Assembly: GCA_036918135.1 (NCBI GenBank)
Contig: JBALDB010000008.1
Coordinates: 32,001-96,000, forward strand
DNA from: Nostoc sp.
GTDB taxonomy: Bacteria; Cyanobacteriota; Cyanobacteriia; Cyanobacteriales; Nostocaceae
Direction: 5' to 3'
Length of the DNA stretch: 64,000 nt
The position numbers were made by a program, and so were the translations under genes. The notes below the pieces were generated by a model, which searched no databases, was not told the DNA's origin, and saw only the letters and a program-made list of their open reading frames with translations. Positions 49,485 to 60,500 of the stretch are shown piece by piece (position 1 is the stretch's first letter; every line of letters starts with the position of its first letter).

Positions 49485-49662
49485 ATTCCACCCGATCTGT
49501 TGCTATCGGTTTCAAAGTTTGCTTCCATATTTCTTTGCACTCAGGGCAGTTAGTAAAAAGTGATGACGCTTCCCCATAACTAACTGTCCTGCCACAAACA
49601 GCCTTTACGTAAAATTCTCCATTCCAGCCCCCAGGAACGTAATGAGTTATTTGCTTTGACAT
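49477..49662 (-). CDS. Small Cys/His (Zn-finger-like) protein, paralog A
   Basis: MSKQITHYVPGGW..AVCG..ASSL..NCPEC; its stop overlaps the next start. Confidence 0.55.
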   Translation of the reverse strand: MSKQITHYVPGGWNGEFYVKAVCGRTVSYGEASSLFTNCPECKEIWKQTLKPIATDRVEYE

Positions 49663-49681
49663 TTTCTCTAACCTCATTTTG

Positions 49682-50110
49682 TCAACAACTTTGGAGGACA
49701 GCGGGCTGGGAAGTGAGTAACAACTCAGATACTTGTTTGCAGTGCCCTTGTATCGCCTCGTCCCATGTTGCATAACGATAGATCTGACTGCCTTGATTGC
49801 TGGTAACTACCGTTTCAAAAACAAGTGGTGGACCTTTGTCGCCGTTAAGCCTTTAGTTCAAACCTAAAAACACTGTTGAGACTACAGCGGGTTCAGCCAA
49901 AGTAAGAGCAATCTGAACTTCATTTGATGCTCTCCAAGTCACCCATTCTTTAAATGTAACTGGGATAGGCGTACGTCCTTCTAGTTTGTAGTAGTGACTT
50001 GGTTTTGTTATTTTTAATTTTTCAAAGCAGTCTTTACAGATAGCAGTTGACGACAACTCCATTAAATAGGCTGTTTTTTTGCAATCATTACAAGTTCCGA
50101 TCGTTGCCTG
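49682..50110 (-). pseudogene. Phage-type hypothetical protein with internal stop
   Basis: Reading through TAA at 49853 gives VSTVFLGLN*..GPPLVFET..RYATWDEAIQGH; N-terminal CNDC..CKDC. Confidence 0.6.
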
Positions 50111-50160
50111 TTAGGTAATAGGGATTTAGCTTAAAATGCCATGTTACACAGCATTTTTTT

Positions 50161-50475
50161 ATGGACAAATATAAAAACTCAACAACTTGGACGGGTAGCG
50201 CTTGGCGCAGTGGAGAAACTAAAACGATTCGCGTCCCCATTGCTTTAGAAGAAAAAATCATGGCTTATGCTAGGGCGATAGATCGAGAAAATGCCATGTC
50301 ACACGGCATTGTAGGCGAGATAATCTTGAGCGCGATCGCCGACTACATCAAAATGCGCCAGCAGAATCTTCACCCAAACCAACATTCTAAAGGCAAGGGT
50401 CTCTCTACGCGATCGCGTATTTGGGACGAACTGCGGCGGTTCGAGTCTTGGATTGAAGCAGTAAGAAACAAGTAG
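50161..50475 (+). CDS. Small DNA-binding (RHH-like) protein of cyanobacterial mobile elements
   Basis: WRSGETKTIRVPIALEEKIMAYARAID. Confidence 0.6.
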   Translation: MDKYKNSTTWTGSAWRSGETKTIRVPIALEEKIMAYARAIDRENAMSHGIVGEIILSAIADYIKMRQQNLHPNQHSKGKGLSTRSRIWDELRRFESWIEAVRNK

Positions 50476-50639
50476 CAAACAAGTAGCATAATTCCTGCTT
50501 GCTATCATAAAAACAAGGATAAAGTATAGCTGTTTAAGTAGCAAATAAGTAGCAAAATTGATACAAAACCTTAAAAAGCCTATAGTACCGTCAAACTCTT
50601 AGACTAGACTATAACCACAGGGCAATCACAGGAATAAAT

Positions 50640-51245
50640 ATGATGAGCGATCGCGACTATACACTAATCATTGACAAAAGCGGTAGTATGTCCACACCCG
50701 ACCAGGTGGGTGGTAGAACTAGATGGGAAATAGCCCAAGAATCTACACTCGCTTTGGCAAGAAAGGCGGAACAGTTTGACCCAGATGGGATTACTGTTTA
50801 CGTGTTTTCCGGTAGATTCAAACGCTACGATGATGTAACCTCAGCCAAAGTCGCACAGATATATCTCGAAAACGATCCTGCTGGTACAACCAACTTAGCA
50901 GGCGTACTCCAAGATGCAATAAATAATTTTTTTCAACGTAAAGCTGCTGGGAAAAGCAAGCCGAATGGAGAAACAATTTTAGTTATTACTGATGGTGAAC
51001 CAGACGATCGCAAAGCTGTATTTGAAGTTATTATTCATGCTACTCGCCAGATGGAGCGTGATGAAGAATTAGGAATTTCAATTATTCAAGTAGGTTCAGA
51101 TGCCCAAGCAACTAAATTTCTCAAAGCTTTAGATGACCAATTACAAAGTGTTGGCGCAAAATTTGATATTTGCGATACAGTTACTTTAGACGACCTCGAA
51201 GAAATGAGCCTTGTAGATGTATTAACTAACGCCATAATTGACTAA
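50640..51245 (+). CDS. vWA domain protein
   Basis: MIDAS DKSGSM, GTT, ITDGEP. Confidence 0.9.
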   Translation: MMSDRDYTLIIDKSGSMSTPDQVGGRTRWEIAQESTLALARKAEQFDPDGITVYVFSGRFKRYDDVTSAKVAQIYLENDPAGTTNLAGVLQDAINNFFQRKAAGKSKPNGETILVITDGEPDDRKAVFEVIIHATRQMERDEELGISIIQVGSDAQATKFLKALDDQLQSVGAKFDICDTVTLDDLEEMSLVDVLTNAIID

Positions 51246-51368
51246 GAAAAGATAATTTTATCAGTTTTATCTCCTAAATGAGAATAAGAAGATTCTGGAG
51301 GATAGTAATTCTGCTAAAAAATAATTCAAAATTTAGAATTTCTGACGAAATATTTGAGGAATTTGTAA

Positions 51369-51974
51369 ATGCTAGAAAATCGGGATTACACTTTAATTAT
51401 TGACAAAAGTGGTAGTATGGCTACCCCAGATCAGAAGGGTGGTAGAAGCAGATGGCTAGCAGCACAGGAATCTACTTTAGCTTTAGCTAGTAAATGCGAG
51501 CAGTTTGACCCAGATGGGATTACTATTTATGTATTTTCTGGTAAATTTAAGCGCTACGAAAATGTGACAGCCAGCAAGGTAGCACAAATTTTTCGGGAAA
51601 ACGATCCCTCTGGTACAACTGACTTAGCAGGTGTGTTAAAACATGCAACTGATGATTACTTTCAACGCAAACGAGCCGGTCAAACTAAGCCCAATGGTGA
51701 AACAATTTTAGTGGTTACTGATGGTGAACCAGACGATCGCAAAGCAGTTATGAGGGTAATAATTGAAGCTTCTCGCCGTATGGATCGAGATGAAGAATTA
51801 GCCATTTCTTTTATTCAAGTGGGTACAGATCAGCAAGCAACCCGTTTTCTCAAAGTGTTAGACGATGAACTCCAAGGAGCTGGTGCTAAGTTTGATATCT
51901 GTGACACAGTTACTATGGAAGATATGGAAGATATGAGTTTATCAGAAGTGCTACTCAATGCCATTAATGACTAA
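51369..51974 (+). CDS. vWA domain protein (tandem paralog)
   Basis: DKSGSM, VTDGEP; same length as and highly similar to the upstream gene. Confidence 0.9.
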   Translation: MLENRDYTLIIDKSGSMATPDQKGGRSRWLAAQESTLALASKCEQFDPDGITIYVFSGKFKRYENVTASKVAQIFRENDPSGTTDLAGVLKHATDDYFQRKRAGQTKPNGETILVVTDGEPDDRKAVMRVIIEASRRMDRDEELAISFIQVGTDQQATRFLKVLDDELQGAGAKFDICDTVTMEDMEDMSLSEVLLNAIND

Positions 51975-52119
51975 TAAAATTAAGTAAAAAATCATTATGA
52001 AACAGCGATTTTTTTAACTATATAAAATGAGAGTTTAATTAAAACTTTTAAAATTATTTTATGTAGGTTTAAAAAATTGTAAAGAGAATATAGCTGTCCG
52101 TTTTATAGGAATTGTACAA

Positions 52120-52515
52120 ATGGATTCTATTGATAAGCTGTTAGCTGAACTGAAAACTGAATACGAACAAGTGCAACCTAAACAGCAGCCTCCAAAATCA
52201 ACTACAGCCAAATCGTTGATTCGACCATTGCCAAAATCACCATCTTTAATGGATAATCTTCTGGCAGAAGTTAAGGCTGATTTCGCAGAAAAAGATGCTA
52301 CTGAGGAATTAAAAAGACAGCAAGAACTAGAACAGGAACGAATTCGACAAGAACAACTCAAAGCAAAACAAATAGATGCTTTGAAAGTAGAGGCAAAAGA
52401 ATGGTTAGCTAAAATAGATCCATTTTCGCCTGAAGGACTTTGGTTTGAAAGGTTTGCTGAAAGTTATCCTTCAAAATTAGAGGCAGCAATTGAATATTTA
52501 CGAAGCAACGAATAA
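52120..52515 (+). CDS. Slr1339-family salt-stress-associated protein
   Basis: MDSIDKLLAELK..AKEWLAKIDPFSPEGLWFERFAESYPSKLEAAIEYL. Confidence 0.75.
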   Translation: MDSIDKLLAELKTEYEQVQPKQQPPKSTTAKSLIRPLPKSPSLMDNLLAEVKADFAEKDATEELKRQQELEQERIRQEQLKAKQIDALKVEAKEWLAKIDPFSPEGLWFERFAESYPSKLEAAIEYLRSNE

Positions 52516-52808
52516 ACTTTAATTTAGTTATGGATAACGATTTATTAGCTTTCTTTGCTGGAGTCGGGTTACTTATTCTCTATCTGATTTTTTCAGCATT
52601 TACAGAAATGGGTACTAAACTCCCTTGGAAGAAATAAGCTAATATAGCAATGAATTAAGAATTGAGAGTTTTGAAAATCAAAAATATGTAAATTTCAGAT
52701 GCTCAACTAGCTAAAAGATTTACATTTATTAATCAAATTAACCTGGAAAAAAGCAGTAACCATTTTTACGGCTAAGCTAACACAATTAATTGATTGAGAG
52801 AATACCAA

Positions 52809-52919
52809 ATGCGCGATCCACAGAATAACCAAATAAAAATTGAGCCAGCAACCCTTGTTTTAATTGTATCTGTCTTAATACTTTTGCCTCTGGTAGTTGT
52901 TGGTTTTTTCTCGCAGTGA
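52809..52919 (+). CDS. Small single-TM protein (36 aa), not in the ORF track
   Basis: MRDPQNNQIKIEPATLVLIVSVLILLPLVVVGFFSQ*; GAGAG upstream. Confidence 0.55.
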   Translation: MRDPQNNQIKIEPATLVLIVSVLILLPLVVVGFFSQ

Positions 52920-53028
52920 TCCCATTTTCCTAAATATCTGATATCGATAACATAGGTAAATTTTAGCGCGATCGCCTTTAACATTCAGGTGCGTAACGCG
53001 AGTGTTAACGCACCTAATCACCTCAAAA

Positions 53029-54177
53029 CTACTTAGGTAAAACTTGCCGCAGTGCTGCTATGAGTTGGTCAACACTTTCCTTACGACTATTAAAGCCCAT
53101 CAATCCCACACGCCAAACTTGACCGACTAATTCGCCAAGACCACCGCCAATTTCAATATTATGTTCATTGAGTAACTGCCGAGCGATCGCTTTACCATCT
53201 ACTCCTACGGGAATGCGAACAGTGGTAAGGGTTGGTAGTCGATACTCCCGCTCAACGTGCATACTCAATCCTAAGTCTTCCAGCCCTTCCCAGAGGTATT
53301 CTACGTTCTTTTGATGACGCTGCCAGCAGTTTGCTAATCCTTCTTCGGCAACTAAACGCAGTGCTTCCCGCAATGCGTAGTATAAATTAATGGGTGCTGT
53401 GTGGTGATAAACGCGTTCGCTGCCCCAGTACTTACTTAACAAAGACATATCTAAATACCAATTGGCAACTTTCGTGCGACGCTGTTGTAATTTCTCGGCT
53501 GCACGCGGACTCATGGTAAAAGGCGAAGCACCAGGCGGACAACCCAAACCTTTTTGGCTACAACTATAAGCGAGGTCAACTCCCCAAGCATCCAATAAGA
53601 TAGGAACACCACCAAGACTTGTTACGGTATCTACTAATAGCAGAGTACCAAATTCACGACACAAATCAGCAACTCCTTCTAAAGGTTGGCGTGCGCCTGT
53701 GGAAGTTTCGGCATGAACCAGAGCTAGAATAGCTGGACGGTGAGTTTGGAGAGCAGTTTGTAATTCTTCCAAGTTGAAAACTTGTCCCCAAGGCTTGGAA
53801 ATCGTTCGCACATCAGCACCATAACGTCCAGCCATATCTACAAGGCGATTACCAAAGTAACCTGCTACGCCAATCAAAACTACATCACCAGGTTCTACGC
53901 TATTGGCGATAGTTGCTTCCATTGCAGCTGTTCCCGTACCACTAACTGCAATAGTGAGGGGGTTTTCTGTTTGCCATACGTAGCGTAGTAACGACTGGAT
54001 TTCATCCATCAATGCGAGAAAAGCCGGGTCAAGATGCCCAACTGGTGAAGTATTCATCGCTTGGAGAACTGTGGGATGAGCATTCGAGGGGCCTGGCCCC
54101 AACAGTAAACGAGATGGGATTTCTAAAGGTGAGAGTTGCAAGCGCCCAGAATCGTTAATTGAAATTGTTGGCGTCAT
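53029..54177 (-). CDS. Alanine--glyoxylate aminotransferase family (class V PLP)
   Basis: [45 protein letters not shown]. Confidence 0.93.
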   Translation of the reverse strand: MTPTISINDSGRLQLSPLEIPSRLLLGPGPSNAHPTVLQAMNTSPVGHLDPAFLALMDEIQSLLRYVWQTENPLTIAVSGTGTAAMEATIANSVEPGDVVLIGVAGYFGNRLVDMAGRYGADVRTISKPWGQVFNLEELQTALQTHRPAILALVHAETSTGARQPLEGVADLCREFGTLLLVDTVTSLGGVPILLDAWGVDLAYSCSQKGLGCPPGASPFTMSPRAAEKLQQRRTKVANWYLDMSLLSKYWGSERVYHHTAPINLYYALREALRLVAEEGLANCWQRHQKNVEYLWEGLEDLGLSMHVEREYRLPTLTTVRIPVGVDGKAIARQLLNEHNIEIGGGLGELVGQVWRVGLMGFNSRKESVDQLIAALRQVLPK

Positions 54178-54339
54178 AATCTGTCTTCGCTTAGACGATA
54201 CTTACCGCATCATAAAGCGATCGCATCACCGATGTTTGAGTTAGTCTACCATTTACCATAAGAAAGGATAACGCAAAGTTTTGCACTCTGTCTAACAAAG
54301 GTATATTGGCAGTATATTTACATTTAATTGATTTAAATT

Positions 54340-55005
54340 TTGAATTTTGAATTTTTCAAACGCATTGACCACCGACCCCGACTGATTATTGCTGTTGGAG
54401 TCGCTGCATTCGTTTCAGTAATACTTCCACATTGGCTGCATTTAGCGACGCGGATTCTTTGTGCTTGGAACTGTGGTGCTGACTTTTTCTTAATCTTAAC
54501 CTGGTGGAAGATGATCGAGGCTACACCAGAAAAAACCCACCGTTATGCCGAGAGAGAATACGAAGGACGTTTAGCGATATTTATGCTAGCGATCGCCGCA
54601 GCTTGTGCTAGTGTGTTAGCGATTGTGTTTCTGCTAACTGATAAAAAAGGGCACTCAATAACTTTCCTTACTCTACACGTCATACTTTCAATTATGACGA
54701 TTCTCGATTCCTGGTTATTGGTACATACTATGTTTGCACAACAATATGCACATATTTATTATCAACATATTAGTTCTAATCATCAAGAAATCAGCAAAGG
54801 TTTAGATTTTCCCAATACCGAATCTCCAGACTACTGGGACTTTTTATATTATTCTTTTGTGATTGGTATGACTAGCCAAGTTTCAGATGTGCAGACAACA
54901 TCAAGCGATATGAGACGTTTGACACTACTGCATGGTATATTATCTTTCTTTTTCAATACCACAATTTTAGCCATGACTATTAACATCATTGCATCGCTGA
55001 TTTGA
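54340..55005 (+). CDS. DUF1345 membrane protein
   Basis: GLDFP..PDYWDFLYYSFVIGMTSQVSDV. Confidence 0.88.
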   Translation: MNFEFFKRIDHRPRLIIAVGVAAFVSVILPHWLHLATRILCAWNCGADFFLILTWWKMIEATPEKTHRYAEREYEGRLAIFMLAIAAACASVLAIVFLLTDKKGHSITFLTLHVILSIMTILDSWLLVHTMFAQQYAHIYYQHISSNHQEISKGLDFPNTESPDYWDFLYYSFVIGMTSQVSDVQTTSSDMRRLTLLHGILSFFFNTTILAMTINIIASLI

Positions 55006-55623
55006 AAATTACAGCAGAATTAGTGAATTCACCAATTCACCAATTCAGAAGTAAAATACGCTTTAACCCCACCCCTAAGAGTAGCCTCTTAGGACATTTG
55101 CCGCGAGCATATGCTCTTTGGGGTTCTGACTTTATTGCAACGAAGTAAAAACCGCTATAATCACAAACTCACAAAAGAAGGGACTGACAAATAAAAAATA
55201 TTCCACTATTTACAATCAACAGTCAATAGGAGCTAGTGCGTTGGGCGGCTCTGCCGATTTGTACCGCTAACACTGAACCCGCAGGGTAGCAACTGGCGTT
55301 CATCAGTCATTAACTTCAAATAAGATAATTTATTTGTTGAAATTACTTAAGTACTTATAACGAGTTTGATAATTAATTAGTTTTTCTATAAAGACGGAAA
55401 AACTATTTTAATTAATTGAGAACTATTGTGAAAAGATGATAGCAAGAGCTAAAGTAGAGCAATCTAATATCCAAGTACATTAAAGCACACCAACTAAGTT
55501 TCAGATTGCAATTCTAAGTGTGAGTAACTTCCAAGGACTGTACATAAATTGCTGTTTAATCGTTAAATTACCAAAGATTTAGTAGTAAACCATTTGCTGA
55601 CTCTCAACTCTGAACTAACATTT

Positions 55624-57336
55624 ATGCAGCTCAATCAAAAACTTTTTCTATACTCTTCTCTGGCTGAACTTCCTTTACTCAAAAAAAGTTATACTGCCAA
55701 AATTATGGTAGTGGCATTTTTGGGAACTCACGTACCACTTTTGACTTTAATCTTCAATTTCGTGACTTCCAACTCCTATTCTTGGGAAATCACAATTCAA
55801 GTGCTGCTGAATGCTCTTTTGGCTACCCTAGTAGGGACAGTAGCTACTCTTTGTGCATTACACTATCTACTTGCTCCGGTAATTTTGACATCTGTGGCAT
55901 TGCGAGACTATTTGCAAAATAAAGAATTACCACAACTGCCCACAGAATTTGGCGATGAAGCAGGCACACTGATGGCAGATACTTCACAAACTCTGCACAA
56001 ATTAGATGAGTTGATTAACCAGATTAGCAATTATGACAATTTGACTGGGTTACCGAATCGAGATTTATTTAGCGATCGCCTTTACCAAAACGTGTCACAA
56101 TCTCAAAATCCCCAGCAATTGATTGCTGTTCTCTCACTAGCGATTGATAATTTCACTGCCATCAGTCATGGGCTAAACCATGAAACATCAAATAACCTAT
56201 TAAGAGCAGTTGCCCAACGTTTGACAAACTGTATAGCTAAAACAGATATCCTCGCATGTTTGAGTCAAGATGAGTTTGCGATCGCTCACATAAATATCTT
56301 ATCCTTTGAGGATGTAGTCAGTTTAACAAAAATCCTACAGACTACACTAGCTAAACCCTTCTTTATAGATGGTCAGCAGATTCACATCACAGCCAGTATA
56401 GGTATTAGGATTAGTGACTTAGGCGATCGTAATAGTGTCGAGCAACTATTGCAGAAGGCTCACATAGCATTGTATCAAGCAAAACAGCAAGGGTCTAGTC
56501 AATACCAGTTTTATTCACCAGAAATTAACGCTCAGTTGCAAGAGCGATTAGCATTAGAAAATGAATTACGTGGGGCACTGGAGCGCAGCGAACTAGTAGT
56601 TTATTACCAACCGCTGATTGATTTGCACACTAGAGAAGTTACAGCAATGGAAGCACTATTGCGCTGGCAGCATCCTACCAGAGGTTTAGTTTCTCCAACA
56701 AAGTTTATTCCTATTGCCGAACGTAACGGTTCAATCGTACCTATCGGTGAATGGGTGTTGCGAACTGCCTGCACCCAAAATCGGGACTGGCAACTTGCTG
56801 GACTGCCGCCAATTCGCATCTCAGTTAACCTCTCGGCTCGACAATTTGAGCAACTAAATTTAGTTGAAGTTGTCAAACAAATCTTAGAACAGACAGAATT
56901 GCAACCATCTTACCTAGAACTGGAAGTCACTGAAAGCTCTTTAATGGCTAATATTCAGCATTCAGTTAAAACCCTCAAACAGTTACGAGAACTAGGAGTA
57001 TGGCTAGCTTTGGATGATTTTGGCACTGGTTATTCTTCTCTCAACTATTTGAAGCGCTTTCCTGTGAACATGCTCAAAATCGACCGCTCATTTGTACAAG
57101 ACGCGACATCAAATTCTGATAGCGCTGCCGTCACCGATGCCATCATTGCATTAGCTAAAAGCCTCCAGTTGAAAATTACAGCAGAAGGAGTAGAAACTCA
57201 ACAACAGCTTGACTATTTACAAAAGCGTGGGTGTCAAGAAGGTCAGGGATTCTACTTTGGTATCCCTGCTCCCGCCGACACAATCACCGACATACTCAAG
57301 CAGAATTCTCTGCAAATACAGAAGATACCTGCATAA
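55624..57336 (+). CDS. TM-GGDEF(degenerate)-EAL c-di-GMP phosphodiesterase
   Basis: YDNLTGLPNR, SQDEF in place of GGDEF; EALLRW, VNLS, ELEVTES, DDFGTGYSSL, AEGVET. Confidence 0.9.
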   Translation: MQLNQKLFLYSSLAELPLLKKSYTAKIMVVAFLGTHVPLLTLIFNFVTSNSYSWEITIQVLLNALLATLVGTVATLCALHYLLAPVILTSVALRDYLQNKELPQLPTEFGDEAGTLMADTSQTLHKLDELINQISNYDNLTGLPNRDLFSDRLYQNVSQSQNPQQLIAVLSLAIDNFTAISHGLNHETSNNLLRAVAQRLTNCIAKTDILACLSQDEFAIAHINILSFEDVVSLTKILQTTLAKPFFIDGQQIHITASIGIRISDLGDRNSVEQLLQKAHIALYQAKQQGSSQYQFYSPEINAQLQERLALENELRGALERSELVVYYQPLIDLHTREVTAMEALLRWQHPTRGLVSPTKFIPIAERNGSIVPIGEWVLRTACTQNRDWQLAGLPPIRISVNLSARQFEQLNLVEVVKQILEQTELQPSYLELEVTESSLMANIQHSVKTLKQLRELGVWLALDDFGTGYSSLNYLKRFPVNMLKIDRSFVQDATSNSDSAAVTDAIIALAKSLQLKITAEGVETQQQLDYLQKRGCQEGQGFYFGIPAPADTITDILKQNSLQIQKIPA

Positions 57337-57564
57337 TATAGCAGGGAGCAGGAGGCAGGAGGTAAAAACATTACTCTTCCTGACATTCACGCTTGTTATT
57401 ATGTCCTAACTTATATGACTACGGCTATAACTATATCTCTCAAAAGTGCTGTATCTACGTATTTACAGCTTATACCCTGACGGCTTTTTTAACTGCATAA
57501 TAGATTTTTCAAACATCCTCTCAAAGTTCGTTGGTTTATTCCCAAAAAGTTTAATTCTCTTCCT

Positions 57565-60500
57565 TCACCAAGGATTGCCAACCATTGTAAATCCAGCCCA
57601 ATAGTAAGGATGCATAAGTGATTGGTCGGGTTCATCAATACTGTCAGCAGGCAAAGGCAAGTTTCCTACTGCTCCCAAACCTTGGACTTGACCATCCTTG
57701 ACGTAAATTTGTCCTTTAGCCATAGCTACTTGAGCCTGTCTTAGAGCTTCTGCCTTAATGGGTGCTGTTCTTAAATTCTCATAAAATTTGGTCATCAATG
57801 CTGCTGTCCCAGAATCGTTAACCGACCAAAGACTGGCAACACTAGTTTTCACACCTGCCAGCACTGCTAAACCCGCAAACCCAAGTTCTGACTCTTCATC
57901 CCCCAAAGCTGTTCTACAAGCACTCAGCACCATCATCTCTACTTGGGGTTCATTTAACCGCAACTGCCGTAACTGATTCAAACGTAACTTGTCCTCCCAT
58001 AATTGAATATAAGAATTACTCAAGCCGCCAGTCGCAAAATCGGCATGAGTTGCCATGTGAATAATGCCAAAAGGTTGTTGCCGACGGACATTTTTGAGAT
58101 TTTTTAAGGTGGCTTGCTTGTCCAACAATAATTTACCTTGCCAAAGTTTGGACACAAGTGTTGATATTTCAACAGGAACTGCCGGTAAAGGATCTTGCCC
58201 TTGAGTACTTTGAGAGACTCCTAGCGCTAAAATTTGAGATTTTCTAATATCTGTATATACGGTGTTAGTCAAGCTCAGACTCGGCATCAAGCCAATACTG
58301 TATTTTTCCACCAGAAATTGTTTACCATCGTGAAGCGCTGCCATTGGAGTTGAACGTAAACCAATGTCTGGTAGAAAGACTAAATTATTAATTTTTCTAG
58401 CTTGTAAATCTGCCTCCACTGGTGCAATCAGCCAGCGATAAAGTTGTTGAGATGAACGCAAATAACCAGTGCGGCGACGGTTTTGTGGACTAACAATTTG
58501 GTCGCGAAATTCTTGAGCCACTTGTAAAACTTTGGCTTTGGTAGTTTCTGTTATGCGTTTACGAATGGGGTCACCTTTTCCAGTGACTAGTACTATTTCT
58601 AGTTGGTCGCTATCCTGTTCTGATAAAGTATTTAGCTGTTTAGTTCTCTCTGGTATAATCTCCACAGGGACAAAACTAACATACATAAATGCAGGTTTTA
58701 CACCAGTAGCTTCCTCTATTTTGCGAGCAATTTCTTTGGCATCATCCAATGTTTTTATTTTGGGATTGCGTATGCCTAAATGGTCGCCAAAATCATCTGT
58801 AAATTTATCTTCTGGAGTAGGATCGGTATTCAGAACAGGGTCATTAATATTAGGGTTATTCGAGCCAGGATTAATCGGTTTATCTGGTGAATTGCACTGG
58901 AATGTGCAAGGGGCAGGATCTGGCCTGTTGTTTGGCGGCCTGACGTTGATTGCTACCTGTACAGGTGTTGAGGATGAAACAACGTCGCTTGCTCTAACTG
59001 TGAATGCATTGATTAGCCCTGTGCTATCGGTCGGTGGTGTGTAGTTTAGTGTCTCACCTGTAGTTAATGTGTCTCCCGCAGCTAAAACTGTATTGCCTCG
59101 TCTCAAGGTTCCTGCCTGAATGCTATCAATGACAACGGTGGTGTTATCTAAATTGACATCGTTAGTGGTGGTAGTAAATGTGAAACTTAAGGTTTGATTG
59201 ACTTGAGCATCGGATGATAGGAGCGTATTTGTTGTTGTCAGTGTAGGGGGGGTATTGACAGAAGTAATGGCGATCCCAGTTGGAGTACCGCTAGCATCTC
59301 CACCATTAGGCAAGACTGGAAAGCTATTTGAAGGATTGATAAAATTGTCGCCTGTATTAATTGACCCTGCTGTGCCATTGATACTCGCATCACCTACGGT
59401 AAATGGCACATTGTTTGGCCCACCATCGTGTTGAATTCTGACAGTACCTCCCCCCGCAATAGGTTGAAGGATGGGACTTCCTCTAAAGGGAGCAAATTTA
59501 CTAGTAGCTATTGTTACACCTGTATCAGTTTCACCATTATTAATTGTCCCTATTCCTTGAACTAGTCCGTTGGTCAGCACTTGCACATTACCACCTTGAC
59601 CAGTGTCCTGAGTCAATTCAAAATTAAAAACGTTTGTTCTGGACTGTGTATTGATGCTGCTAAAGCGAATTGTACTGCCAAAGGTATTGGTAGTCTCTAG
59701 AGCTACGTTACCACCTGTAGCAGCCGTTCCTATATTACCTGCGGTGGTAGTTGCTGAGGTATCAATAGCACCATTAACTGTGATATTATCTCTGGCAGTT
59801 AAGCTGACTGTGCCAGCCGTCCCTGTAAAAGGGTCACTTTTAGGGCTGACTATAGATGAGTTAATTGCACCTGTAGTAATACTACCTAAGGTAGTTTTTG
59901 CTACTACATCGCCACCCCTACCGAATTCACTACCATTAATTGAAGAAGAATTAATCGTATTTGTGAGGATATTGCCTGCGGCACTTAAAGTTACTCCTCC
60001 AGCTGTTGCACTAGCAGGAAAGTCAGGGTTAGGGTCTTGAACGTTGCTGGTGTCAAGGTTATTTAGAGTAATTCCACCGCTAGTACTTTGGACTATAATA
60101 CTACCACTAGATGATTGGTAGCCCTGACCTGTAGCAATAATGTCGCCAGCAGTAATGTTACCACGCGCAGACAAGGTGACATTAGCACCATTGCCATTAG
60201 TAATAAATTGACCTCCCTCGTCGATAAAGAAGCTGCTAGTGTTAATAACTCCTAAAGACAGGCTCGCTCCTGAAATGGTGATATCCCTGCCATTAGTCCT
60301 GATGGTGTCGCCTATCCCCATCGTAAAAGCACCGACACCATTACCATCTGCATCTGCGGTAAAAGCGATCGCTTTGCCACCATCATTAACAAAATTCAAC
60401 GATACGCCATTAGCGATCGTAATATTATTAGTCGCTGCCAAAGTAACAGCAGCATTCTGACTTTCTAAAGACGCTTTAGAAATGGTGAAAATAGCTGGGG

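Larger units (their letters stand above)
48340..50600. mobile_element. Phage- or integrative-element-like remnant
   Basis: Tightly packed, overlapping small ORFs of phage-like type, a TGT-fold gene, an RHH-like gene and phased repeats at the right edge; no integrase; boundaries approximate. Confidence 0.6.

Noticed and set aside
50470..50554. Possible CRISPR array
   Set aside because: Repeats are only 8 bp, there are no unique spacers of about 30-40 bp, and no cas genes are present
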